Source: Mobula birostris
Taxonomy: Eukaryota
Direction of reading: 5' to 3'
Length of the DNA stretch: 64,000 nucleotides
NCBI RefSeq assembly: GCF_030028105.1
Contig: NC_092376.1
Location: 116,558,230 to 116,622,229, forward strand
Position numbers and translations under genes: made by a program. This document shows, piece after piece, positions 34,958 to 48,600 of this stretch. Under the pieces are notes generated by a model. The model was not told the origin of the DNA. It saw only the letters and a list, made by a program, of their open reading frames with translations, and did not search any database. How positions within the stretch are numbered: position 1 is the stretch's first letter; every line of letters starts with the position of its first letter.

Positions 34958-37900
34958 AAACATAGAAACATAGAAAATAGGTGCAGGAGTAGGCCATTCG
35001 GCCCTTCGAGCCTGCACCGCCATTTATTATGATCATGGCTGATCATCCAACTCAGAACCCTGCACCAGCCTTCCCTCCATACCCCCTGACCCCCGTACCC
35101 ACAAGGGCCATATCTAACTCCCTCTTAAATATAGCCAATGAACTGGCCTCAACTGTTTCCTGTGGCAGAGAATTCCACAGATTCACCACTCTCTGTGTGA
35201 AGAAGTTTTTCCTAATCTCGGTCCTAAAAGGCTTCCCCTCTATCCTCAAACTGTGGCCCCTCGTTCTGGACTTCCCCAACATCGGGAACAATCTTCCTGC
35301 ATCTAGCCTGTCCAATCCCTTTAGGATCTTATACGTTTCAATCAGATCCCCCCTCAATCTTCTAAATTCCAACGAGTACAAGCCCAGTTCATCCAGTCTT
35401 TCTTCATATGAAAGTCCTGCCATCCCAGGAATCAATCTGGTGAACCTTCTTTGTACTCCCTCTGTGGCAAGGATGTCTTTCCTCAGATTAGGGGACCAAA
35501 ACTGCACACAATACTCCAGGTGTGGTCTCACCAAGGCCTTGTACAACTGCAGTAGTACCTCCCTGCTCCTGTACTCGAATCCTCTCGCTATAAATGCCAG
35601 CATACCATTCGCCTTTTTCACTGCCTGCTGTACCTGCATGCCCACTTTCAATGACTGGTGTATAATGACACCCAGGTCTCGTTGCACCTCCCCTTTTCCT
35701 AATCGGCCACCATTCAGATAATAATCTGTTTTCCTATTTTTGCCACCAAAGTGGATAACTTCACATTTATCCACATTAAATTGCATCTGCCATGAATTTG
35801 CCCACTCACCCAACCTATCCAAGTCACCCTGCATCCTCTTAGCATCCTCCTCACAGCTAACACTGCCACCCAGCTTCGTGTCATCCGCAAACTTGGAGAT
35901 GCTGCATTTAATTCCCTCATCCAAGTCATTAATATATATTGTAAACAACTGGGGTCCCAGCACTGAGCCTTGCGGTACCCCACTAGTCACCGCCTGCCAT
36001 TCTGAAAAGGTCCCGTTTATTCCCACTCTTTGCTTCCTGTCTGCTAACCAATTCTCCACCCACACCAATACCTTACCCCCAATACTGTGTGCTTTAAGTT
36101 TGCACACTAATCTCCCGTGTGGGACCTTGTCAAAAGCCTTTTGAAAATCCAAATATACCACATCCACTGGTTCTCCCCTATCCACTCTACTAGTTACATC
36201 CTCAAAAAATTCTATGAGATTCGTCAGACATGATTTTCCTTTCACAAATCCATGCTGACTTTGTCCGATCATTTCACCGCTTTCCAAATGTGCTGTTATC
36301 ACATCTTTGATAACTGACTTCAGCAGTTTCCCGACCACCGACGCTAGGCTAACCGGTCTATAATTCCCCGGTTTCTCTCTCCCTCCTTTTTTAAAAAGTG
36401 GAGTTACATTAGCCACTCTCCAATCCTCAGGAACTAGTCCAGAATCTAACGAGTTCTGAAAAATTATCATTAATGCATCCACTACTTCTTGGGCTACTTC
36501 CTTAAGCACTCTAGGATGCAGACCATCTGGCCCTGGGGATTTATCTGCCTTCAATCCCTTCAATTTACCTAACACCACTTCCCTACTAACATGTATTTCG
36601 CTCAGTTCCTCCATCTCACTGGACCCTCTGTCCCCTACTATTTCTGGAAGATTATTTATGTCCTCCTTAGTGGAGACAGAACCAAAATAATTATTCAATT
36701 GGTCTGCCATGTCCTTGCTCCCCATAATCAATTCACCTGTTTCTGTCTGCAGGGGACCTACATTTGTCTTTACCAGTCTTTTCCTTTTTACATATCTATA
36801 AAAGCCTTTACAGTCCGTTTTTATGTTCCCTGCCAGTTTTCTCTCATAATCTTTTTTCCCCTTCCTAATTAAGCCCTTTGTCCTCCTCTGCTGAACTCTG
36901 AATTTCTCCCAGTCCTCAGGTGAGCCACTTTCTCTGGCTAATTTGTATGCTTCTTCCTTGGAATTGATACTATCCCTAATTTCTCTTGTCAGCCACGGGT
37001 GCACTACCTTCCTTGATTTATTCTTTTGCCAAACTGGGATGAACAATTGTTGTAGTTCATCCATGCAACCTTTAAATGCTTGTCATTGCATATCCACCGT
37101 CAATCCTTTAAGTGTCATTTGCCAGTCTATCTTAGCTAATTCACGTCTCATACCTTCAAAGTTACCCCTCTTTAAGCTCAGAACCTTTGTTTCTGAATTA
37201 ACTATGTCACTCTCCATCTTAATGAAGAATTCCACCATATTATGGTCACTCTTACCCAAGGGGCCTCTCACGACGAGATTGCTAATTAACCCTTCCTCAT
37301 TGCTCAAAACCCAGTCCAGAATAGCCTGCTCTCTAGTTGGTTCCTCGACATGTTGGTTCAAAAAACCATCCCGCATACATTCCAAGAAGTCCTCTTCCTC
37401 AGCACCTTTACCAATTTGGTTCACCCAATCTACATGTAGATTGAAGTCACCCATTATAACTGCTGTTCCTTTATTGCACACATTTCTAATTTCCTGTTTA
37501 ATACCATCTCCGACCTCACTACTACTGTTAGGTGGCCTGTACACAACTCCCACCAGCGTCTTCTGCCCCTTAGTGTTACGCAGCTCTACCCATATCGATT
37601 CCACATCTTCCCGGCTTATGTCCTTCCTTTCTATTGCGTTAATCACTTCTTTAACCAGCAACGCCACCCCACCTCCCCTTCCCTCATGTCTATCCCTCCT
37701 GAATATTGAATATCCCTGAACGTTGAGCTCCCATGCCTGGTCACCCTGGAGCCATGTCTCTGTGATCCCAACTATATCATAATCATTAATAACAATCTGC
37801 ACTTTCAATTCATCCACCTTATTACGAATGCTCCTTGCATTGACACACAAAGCCTTCAGGCACTCTTTTACAACTCTCTTAGCCCTTATATAATTATGCT

Positions 37901-38050
37901 GAAAAGTGGCCCTCTTTAATGCTTGCCTTGGATTTGTCGGCCTGCCACTTTTACTTTTCTCCTTAGTACTTTTTGCTTCTACCCTCACTTTACACCCCTC
38001 TGTCTCTCTGCACTGGTTCCCATCCCCCTGCTGTGAACTAACCTCCTCAC
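34958..38050 (-). mobile_element. Young CR1 LINE; ORF2 (35052-38090) intact except one in-frame TGA at 37080-37082
   Basis: APE (CVNARSIRNK, VGITETW, MGDFN) in frame with RT ([25 protein letters not shown]); (TTTCTATG)n tail. Confidence 0.95.
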
Positions 38051-38187
38051 GCCTAGCCTCTTTAATTTGATTAATTTGAACAGTTGTCAATAGAATGTCA
38101 ATCTTTCATTTTTCAGATCTCTTTTGCCTGCAATGATTGATCAATGCTTCTACTTTCTTGTCTGTTCTGTCGTGTTTGCCATGCATA

Positions 38188-38292
38188 TTAATGAATTGGA
38201 AGAAAATGTGGATGGGATGATTGGTAAACCATGCCGTGTCTCTGCGAACTGTGACTGAAGAGTGAAACTTGAGTGTGCAAGTTCATAGTTCC
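38188..38292 (-). CDS. TIM terminal coding exon candidate [34 protein letters not shown]
   Basis: Long polypyrimidine acceptor ending cacttctag|, phase 0, one Tyr (MVYQS). AGTCAC..CAGAGA (SH..QR) is echoed in the paralogous exon starting at 1487. Confidence 0.55.
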   Translation of the reverse strand, partial: GTMNLHTQVSLFSHSSQRHGMVYQSSHPHFLPIH

Positions 38293-41200
38293 CTAGAAGT
38301 GTGAACACAGGTGGACAGGGAGGAGACAAATGTGTGTAGCAGGACAACTATACATTATGACCAGAGAATAAAGGAAATGGGAATAAGCTGTTTACAAGTT
38401 TCACACAGATACCGGGAGTACCTCATTGAGTAGAGACATGGTCTTATCTACACTGGAGGAAACAGGAGAGTCACATATCTAACCTTTGTCATTACTTTGC
38501 TCAAATAAAGCATTTTACTTTAAATAAATATCATCATCACATGTGAAGAGCAACTTTACATAAATATCTTAACAAAATGTTTTGAATATTAAATATTAAT
38601 TTGTCACTTACGTTTCCACTTGCAAAGCAGCACGGTGATGGAAAGAAAAGAAACAAAAACTGAGACACGAGCGGTCCAGCAAAGCAGAAAAATCAGGTTG
38701 TTTACACGCTCACCAGGAACCTGAAACAGAGAACAAGACCTATTTTCTCAGCTTTAAATTTAAAATGAGCGAACTGCAAGCTCTGTATAATGCCGACATG
38801 GCTTCCTTAAAGTCTGCATGCACAGTGTGGACTGTTGTCTTTACAGATATTAAAGATATCCATTAAGATGTACGTTTAGCTGAATCCCTCAGCACCCGGC
38901 AGCTTTGTATGGATTTATCCTGGCTAGGATCCTCCTCAGCTTGGCTGTGGTCACACAGGGTTGCAAAATGAGATGGAAATGAGCCATTAGGAGAAAGCAA
39001 TAGTGAATTGTTCAATATGGTAGGGCTGGAAGAACTGATCTTCATTTTCTATTTCTGCTGTGAAATTTTGACAAATAAGAGAATGTGAGACAGCTGGAGC
39101 TGTAATATGTTCTGGAATGTAATGGAACCCATCAGAAGCCTTTTAGAGATGATCAACATAAATTATCTGCAGAAGAGCAGATCTGCTGGACGAATGCTCA
39201 GGAATTAGTGGGAAGTGCCAGTTGTGCAGGTCAATATCATGGAGAATGTTCCAAGGATGTAAGAGCTGTGAGAAAGCTGAAGTATTTCCCAAGTTAAATC
39301 TTATACTGGTATATCCATCCATGTGGCTACCAGCATCATTGATTGTACAATAAACCCTGACACACAAATTGGTCACCTCCATTGCTCAGTCCTCAATACT
39401 TCAATTCAAAAGATTCACCTCACCTTCATTCACTGAGCCCGCGTGCAAACTCACTGATTACGCATACAAATGCATAGGCGTAAAGGGCTCTTTTCTAGTT
39501 GGCTGCCAGTTACTACTGGCATTCTAAAGGTTCATTTTATAGTCAGAGTATTCATGTACAACTCTGACATTAGTCTTTTCCAGATAGCCATGCAATGTAG
39601 AAACCAGTAACAACAACATCACACCACCAAACCCCTCCCCCGCAAAAACAAACAGCAACAACAGCACCAAACCCCTAATCACCTCAAACACACAAAAAAG
39701 GAGATTGCCCACACAGAAAAAACAACAAGGACATCAGATCCCAAGTCCCCAACCCCTCCCACATACAAAAACCAACACATTGTCCACCCAGAACCCTAAC
39801 CAGCCAAACAGCAAGAAGCAAGAAAACATAAAAACCTGAAGGAGTGCAAAATAAATTACTGACTAATAATCCCATACATCTCAGAATTTCAAGCATATCC
39901 TCCCACCAGAACCGTGAGAGCGACTGCTTGAACTCAGTCCCTCCATGTAGGGTGACCATCATGCCACTGACCTGTGGCCTTCTGACCACTGCCCTGCTGA
40001 TCTGAGGCCTTCAGAACGCTGCTGAGCTGGCTACCAACCACCCTCAATCCATGGCCTCCATGGACAGCAACCACTGACCTCCTCCACATTCACCATGATA
40101 CTTCAATCTTCCGCAATGCTTCAAAACGGAGTTGATTATGGCAGTGGTCCCCAACCACCGGGCCGCGGACCGGTACCGGGCTGCAGAGCATGCGCCACCG
40201 GGCCGCAAGGAAACGATATGATTTGGCGATAGGAGTCAGATGCACCTTTCCTCATTCCCTGTCACGCCCACTGTTGAGCCATTACACATGCGAGGTCATT
40301 ACCCGCGCATCATCCATGTCAGCGCGGGAAGGAGATCAACTCCTCGAGCTTGCAAATGACGGTGGGTTGAAATGTATGTTTGACATAACATCTCTGCCAG
40401 CATTCTGGATCAAAGTCAAGGCTAAAAATCCTGAGATAGCCACGAAAGCACTGAAAACGTTGCTTCCATTTCCAACATATCTCTGCAATGAATGCAACGA
40501 AAACTAATTTGCGGAATAGACTGGACATAAGGAACGCCGTTCGAGTATCGCTGTCCCTCGTCACCCTTCGATAGGACCGTCTTGTTGCAGGAAAACAAGC
40601 CCAGGGCTCCCACTGATTCAGCGATATTGGTGTGTTGCAATGACTTTATATGTTCATACCGGGAAAATATATGCTGTATGTTTAATATCCAAACGTTACT
40701 TAAAATGTTATGATGCTATTGACTTGTATAACAATTACAGCACGGAAACAGGCCATCTCTGCCCTTCTAGTCCGTGCTGAACGCTACTCTCACCTAGTCC
40801 CACCGACCTGCACTCAGCCCATAACCCTCCATTTCTTTCCTGTCCATATACCTATCCAATTTTTCTTTAAATGATAATATCGAAGCTGCCTCTACCACTT
40901 CTACTGGAAGTTCGTTCAACATTTACTTCAAGCTCCCCTGGCCTCCCCGATAATTGACTTATCACTATATTCATGCGAGGAAAATATGTGTTTAATATTA
41001 AATTTGTTAGATAAACCCTTTTAGAAACGAAATTGAGTGTATTAGCTAATTATCATCTATATTCCGGTCGTGATTAACACCGCCCTCCCCTCCCCTGGAA
41101 CAGAATCGCCAAAAACGATCTGCAGAAAAAAATCATATACGCATGCGCAGTGGTGCCCGCGCAAGGCTTCATGGTCATTGTAGTCTTTCTCGGGGTAAAC

Positions 41201-42614
41201 CCAGCGTATTGGACTGCTACTCTTGTCCGTTGGCAACCCTCCCCCCACCCCCCCATCCTGTGGTCGGCCGATCCGCAAGAATATTATCAATATGAAACCG
41301 GTCCGCAGTGCGAAAAAGGTTGGGGACCCCTGGATTATGGCCCCTCTCTGGTCTCCTGCACGAGACAACCTGTGTTCATGGTACTATTTGAGGATTGCAA
41401 CATGCCAGATAACCTGATCGAGCTCCAAACAGCACATCGCAGACTCTAACAGTCTCCGAAACAATCAAGACAGAAACAAGGGGTTGAGAGGGGTTGATGT
41501 CTTTTCTTTCAACAACACCCATGGTTTTTCTGTATTTTGTGGCTATCTGGAGAAGACAAATATCAGAATTGCATTGTACATGTATACTTTGACAATAAAA
41601 TAACCTTTGGAATGCCAGAACGTTGAAAGTTCTACTTTTTTGTGGAAAAAGTTAAATAATTGAAGAGATTAGCTACCTGGAAGATGCTGCCTAAGAAATC
41701 ATTGTTTGCTGGCATCATGTTGACTGGAAGTGTTGGGTGCAAAGAGACATGAGAGTCCTAATGTAGGATTCCATAGATTTTAGCTTTCAGTTTGAGTTAG
41801 TGATGAGGAAAGAAATACAATGTTAGCAATTATTTTGAGTGAACTGGAATATAAAGCAAGGATGTAATACTGAGGCTTGATAAGGTGTTTGTCAACATAT
41901 TTGGAATATTTTGGGCACTTTTGGGCCTCATATCTAAGGAAATATGTGTTGGCATTCGAGAGAGTCCAGAGGAGGTTTATGAGAATGACTCAGGAATGCA
42001 AAGCTTGATGTTTGAGATGGCTCTGGGTCTGTAATTGCTGCAAGTTTAGAAGAATAAGTTGTCATGGTCCCTTCTGGCAATCCCCCACCTTGCCATTTGC
42101 CTCAAGAATTGGGCCTGAATCACCTCATTTAGATTCCAATCATTCCCAGGTTCCACTAACTCCACGCACCTGCTTCCCATCAGAAACAGCAGGATAAAAA
42201 CCCTGTGACCACAGCAATAAGCTGCCAGTTCATTGGTTGACTCTACTGAGAGTAACCTCGTTTCCTGATTCCTGAGAACTGTTAGTTCTAAGCTCTGCAT
42301 CGTCTCCTGGATACTGGCTCCCCGTTCACGGTGGTGCTAACGCCTAATGACTCTGCTTAGCACCTGTATCCTGCACTTGGGTTTGTCCCCAGCCACATCC
42401 TTGCGACATAAATTGAGATCTCATTAAAACCCACCGAATATTTAAAAGCCTGAATAGAGTGGAAATGGAGAGGATGTTTCCAGTAGTGAGAGAGTTTTGG
42501 AGCAGAAGGCACAACATCAGAATAAAAAGGACATCTCTTTAGAATAGAGATTAGTGGGAATATTTTTAGCTGTAGGGTGGTGAATCTGTGGAATTCATCA
42601 TCAGGGATAGTGTA

Positions 42615-42665
<51 letters not shown>

Positions 42666-45600
42666 CATTTAAAGTGGAGGTTGAGATATTCTTGATTAGT
42701 AAGGGTGCAAGAGGCTGCAGACTTGAGGGGCCAAAGTTTGATTCTGCTCCTGTCCTCCTCCTCTTGTTATGGTTTTATGGTCTCCCCTCCCTTCACCATG
42801 ACCCAAACAGAGTTCTGCTTTCACTTCAGAACAATCTCTTCAATTACTTAACTTTTTCTATGAAAAGTGTTGGCGCGTGGCCAAGTGGTTAAGGTGTGGG
42901 TCTAGTGATCTGAAGGTCGCTAGTTTGAGCCTCAGCTGAGGCAGCGTGTTGTGTCCTTGAGCAAGGCACTTAACCACACATTGCTCTGCGATGGCACCGG
43001 TGCCAAGCTGTATCGGCCCTAGTGCCCTTCCCTTGGACAACATCGGTGGCGTGGGGAGGGGAGACTTGCAGCATGGGCAACTGCCGGTTTTCCATATTAC
43101 CTTACCCAGGCCTGTACCCTGAAAACCTTCCAAGGTGCAAATCCATGATCTCACGAGACTAACGGATACCTATGTGTATGTTAAAGTTCTGGCATTCCAA
43201 AGGTTATTTTATTGTCAAAGTATGCATGTACAATACAACTCTGGAACAAGCTGAGCAGAAGGAGATAACTTTGTCATCTCAGTGAAATTTTATGATTAAA
43301 TTACACTTATCTTCTGGATAAAAAGGTATTTACTCACAGCTAAATGTGGAGTTGAACTGGAATCTCTGGGAGATGTAAACGGAGAGGTTGTAAGACCTGT
43401 AATGACAGTTGTAAGAATGAAATGTGCAGAAAACAGAACAAGATGGTATTGAGTATAAAAACAGTCTTACCCAGATACTGAGATAATTTGCCAAAACTTC
43501 CAGACCCATGTTTCAGAACATAGAAAAGTACAGCACATAAACAGGCTCTTCAACGGGCTCTTCAACAGGCTGTAATTAAATGGCCAAATAAACTAAACCC
43601 TCATGTCTTCTACTGGTAGATGAAACTACAGTCTACAAATTAGTGGATTTGGATGAATCAAGGACAGGGGAAGTAGACAAACCAATTGGTATTGTTTCCC
43701 CCCCACCCAATTTGTGAACTCTGAACTGAGTCTTGCTCTGTGGTAATTTAATCAGATCGATTGAATGTGAACACAAGGAGCTTCAGCTAATGACCTGCTA
43801 AACTTGAGACAATTCTCAGATGAGTAGGTATTTATTATGTAAACTGGTAGATTTACCAGAGAAGTGATTTGTAATCTCATTAGTTTTAGTGTTTGGGTTA
43901 CCTAGTTTAACTGGTTTGGACCAGTCAGAGTTGAAAGACACAAATACATAAGGCTGGGGTGGATAGAAACATGAAGCAATGTTGGTTATAACCCTGGACT
44001 AGAACCAGTAAGAAGGTGACCCAGGTGGGCCAGGTGACCTTGAGCCAATGGATGGAGATCCACCAGTTCAACTGATGAGGTACACTATAAAAGTCAGGAG
44101 TTCCAGATACGTTACAGCGATAACTCTCCAGCAACCAGAGATCAACCATCGCGGATGAGGCGGATCCCACGGACATGTGGAGACCAGGGCCATGAGGAAT
44201 GCCTGGCCAGCATAGACTCTTTTCGCTGGTAGTACCTTTTCCCTTCACTGACTGTTCATGGAGGCTCTGGGAATTCTGGTGGGTGTGCAGACAAGTAGTT
44301 AGTTCATGAACCCACATGCTTTTTAGTTTAGACAATAAAGGTTACTTGTAGGTAAATAGAGATTCTTTCTGATCATTGTTGCAACGGGTGATTCTTATAA
44401 CAAGGTCCCTCAACCTACAATGTAGTGGCAAAACAAAATAAATTAAGCACATATTCCTATCCTTCCCTCAACAAAGTCTCTGCAATGGCCAGAACATCAT
44501 AATTCCATGTACTGATCCATGCTCCAGTTCATCATCTTTATCCATAATACTCCTAGCATTGAATTACACACACTTCAAACTATCTGTTGCATCTGCCTAT
44601 TACTTTTCTCCTGCCTGTTTTTACTGGCCCTGGCATCTACCTTCCTCTGCATCCCTCCACTTTCTGACCTGGTGTTCTGGTTCCAATCCCCGGCCAAACT
44701 AATTTAAGCCATCCTGAGTAGCACTGGCAAACCTCCTGGCCAAGAAATTGGTTCTCCTCCACTTTAGGTGCCTCATGTCCTTTATGTTCAGGTCACCCCT
44801 GGTCCAGAAGAGGTTCCAATGATCCAAGAACCTGAAACCCTGCCCCTGCACTAGTTCCATAGCCATTCATTCATCTGTACTATCATCCTATTCTTGCTCT
44901 AACTAACAGGTGAAACAGGGATTAATCCAGAAATTATTGCCTTGGAGGTCCTGCTCTTCAGCCTTTTTCCTATCTCCCTATACATAATTCCTGGGGAATC
45001 AATTTTCCTTCGGCTTTTGCATTCCACTAATTTGGTCAGATATTACCAGTAAGTCAAGGAGTCTGTTACATCCTCTACCTCTGAGTTCAGTGCTTTTCCC
45101 CAAGAAGAGATTGAAATAAGTAATGAGAAAGTTCCAAGGTGAGGATTAGACTCAAGTCCTTGTGAAAAGGCATTCTGTCCTTAATGAGCCATTGACATTA
45201 TCATGGTAACTCATGGGTACTACAGGGATCACTATTACATTGTACATTTTATATTGTAGCATCCTGCCACTTTCACCCAGCGCATTATCCATACTACATG
45301 TACAACAATTAACAACAAAGACAGAATCAATATTCCTTATGTTACTTCATATGTTTTCAGTGGGCAGAAGAGCACTATTCATTCAATCAAAGCAATATAA
45401 TCTCTCCAAACAAATGTGCCCCATGTATATGGAGGAAACTCGAGCACCTGGGGAACCGAGGTGACCTTCTCATATGGAGTATCGAAACTCAAGGTTGAAC
45501 CTGGGTCACAGGATCTGTGGGACAGTTACAGAAACTGCTACACTGCTGCACCACCATTGATGAGACAGAAACATGGAATATTGAACTGCTTGCTGTCCAA

Positions 45601-48600
45601 AACCAGAAGATTCAAGTACATTTTCCGATCATTAAACATTCCAAGAATCTCCACACGGCAGCAATACCAGCCACTAACTCCTCTCTGTAGATCACTTGTA
45701 GTGTGTGATACATCTCCATCCCCAATTCTACCACCAAGATGATAGCCTTGGGATGTCACAGAAGTTACCCTGTCTCCATTCGTTCTAACCAGTAACAAGC
45801 CAGTGTTACAGATAGCACTGTCTGGCACGAGAAGAGGGAGCGCAACCACAGTCTGAAATCTTGTCCCTACACTGAGAAACAGATCAAATTACCAGCAGGG
45901 CAGGATCTGAGGAATGCTATAGAAAATTTCTACCTATTCACTGGGATGTTAACTGCTTACACCTCCCTCACTTCTCAAATTTATCCTCAGACAGGTGGTG
46001 ACAATCAGCTTTCTTCAGTCCTGGCCTTTCCATAGTAGACTTGATACAGTTGACTCCTTGTGGTGCCATTTCAGTGCTAATCTGTCACCAAAAGCAGACA
46101 TTCACCAGGCATTTGAGATATTAACTGCTGCCATCAACAAGCAAGAAATTGTCCACCTCAATCGTCGTCCCAAATTTCAATCAGGTTTATTTGAAGAAAT
46201 CTCCACCCAGTTATCATCAGCATTTAACCTGCAGCACCAGGGGTCCCAACCACTGCTACACCTCGATTAGGAAAGCCTGCTGTTCCATGCCAAGACTACA
46301 TTTTGAGAAATCTGATCACTTGGTTGTCCTTCTCCTACCTGCATACAGGCAGATTCTAAAGATCAAAGCTCCAGTGATGAGCACAACAAAGAGGTGGTTG
46401 CAGGAGGCAAAGTTGTGGCTATGGGATTGCTTCAAGTCAGTGGATGGGCCATGTTCAAGGACTCATCAAAAGATCTGAATGAATACACCACTGTGGTGAC
46501 GGAGTTTATTAAAACAATTGTAGATGGACATGTCCCCAAAAAATCATTTAGAGTTTTCCCCAACCAGAAGTGCTGGATGAACTTTGAGATCCACAATCTG
46601 CTGAGGGCTACTGTAGATCAGTGTCACTCAGGCCTGGTAGTCTAACAAGATACAAGGTGTACAGTTACAATCTCTGGAAAGCCATCTCACATGTGAAGTG
46701 GCAATCTGGAACAAGCATGAGTCACTGGGGATGCTCGACAGCTACAGCAGAGCTTGAATGCTATTATATCTTACAAACTGAAACCAAGCGACATAGGTGA
46801 CAAAGCAACGCACACAAAATGCTGGAGGAATGCAGCAGGTCAGGCAGCATCAATGGAAATGCACGAACAGTTGACATTTCGGCCCAGGCCCTTCTTCAGG
46901 GCTCAGAGATGACAACACGGTTTCATTCCCAGATGAGCTCAATGCCTTCTGTACTTGCTTTGGCTCTCAAAGCATTGAGGAAACTTCACAAACTCCCACA
47001 GCCCCCGATGACCCTGTGATTTCAGTTTCTGAAGCAGACATTAGAGTGTCCTGAAGGAGAGTGAACCCACAAAAAGCATCTGACCCAGAGGGGGTACCTG
47101 GCCAAGTATTAATTGCCTGTGCTAATCAACGGACTGGATATCTCTAATTATATGATCTGTATGACCGGTATGTAAAATAAGCATTTCACTGTAAAAACAC
47201 ATGTGACAACTAATAAACCGATATCAATTCTAATGAAGACCTCATCCATTTCCCATGACTCAGAATTTAGATTACCACAGTGATGATTCTTCCTCCAATT
47301 GCTTTTTCATTCTTAGTATACTTGTGGAATCTTTGATAATCTCCTCTATTTTATCAGCCAGAGATATCTTGTAGCCCCCTTCTAATTTCATTCCCAAGTG
47401 TTCTCCTACATCCAATATTATAATTGCTTGAAGCAAGCTGCCTATACCTATCACTTGCCTCCTTCTTTTTCTGGACCAGATCCTCCATATCCTTTATCAC
47501 TGGGTTCTCTAATTTCACCAGCCTTGCACATCACCGTAACAGGAACATGCTGGTGCTGAAGTCTTCCTGTCGCACAGTTAAGTGCCTCCCACTTGCCACA
47601 TGCCCCCTTACCTGCAAGTAGCCTCTACCAGTCAACTTTTATGAATTCCTGTCTGACGACATCAGAATAAGCCTGACCCCAGTTTACGACATTATATTGA
47701 ATCATATCAAAAGCTAATATAATTATGGTCACTGATCACTAAGTGCTCCCCCACCACTGAACAAATCAACCACTTGCCCACCTCATTTCCTAGGGAGAGG
47801 TCAAGTCTAGCCCCTTCTCTAGACAGGGAAGGAAATGTTTTACCTATATGTGGTTTTTGAGGAGATGTTAGGTTAATTAATGAGAGTGGATGCTGTTGAC
47901 TTCAAAAAGCGAATGACAAGGTGCTTCAGAGTAGGCTGATCTAGAAGATTAAGGACCATGGGATCGACAGAGACCCGGCCAGAGAATACTTTATCTAAGT
48001 TAAAGCCATCATAATTGTTAATGTTCTACACCTGAACATTTAAGTTGAAAGCAATTTCAAGGCTTTCTTGTCCACTTTGAAGATTGATAGTTAAATTGTG
48101 CAGTTTACACAAATAAAAAAATATTAATGTCATTGTTTAGAAGATAAATTGTACCACCTGGAAGATGCAGACTGACCCTGGTAAGCAGATGGAGCAATGT
48201 CATTTCCATGGTCTGCAGACAAGGACTCAATTGTAGTTGAAGGAGATGTTGTGCTGGTTTCTGCAACAGAAGAAGAGTTAATTTACTTTCATGTCAGTGA
48301 ACTCATTCATTTTTCTCAATCAATAACTCACATAGAATTAAATGAGGGCTGGGTTAGATCTGGAGAACCAGTAAGTGTGATGGATATTCAGGTTCAAAGT
48401 GCCTCTCACAATTAAACAAAAAAATACATTGAATTTATGGTGATACACAGGAATGTTTTTGTTACAGAAATAAAACAGTGAAGTTAAAAGATAGCCTTTG
48501 GATTGGTAGTCAGTAAGTGCTGGGTCAAATGTAATTCTACGGAGGACCCAGTTATCTACACTCTATTGGCGAGGATGAGTGAAAAATGGCAACGTGCTAC

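Noticed and set aside
35029-37719. Long plus-strand ORFs (230, 134, 258 aa) and similar ones at 56717-57646, 12239-12670, 23389-23937
   Set aside because: Antisense shadows of CR1, Penelope, Rex1 and Nimb reading frames.
42872-42945. Possible tRNA gene
   Set aside because: A/B boxes are present, but I cannot fold a full cloverleaf and the sequence continues into a SINE body and tail.
48158-48176. Alternative donor extending TIM exon 3 (TCCAG|gtggta)
   Set aside because: Gives phase 2, incompatible with the phase-1 start of exon 4.
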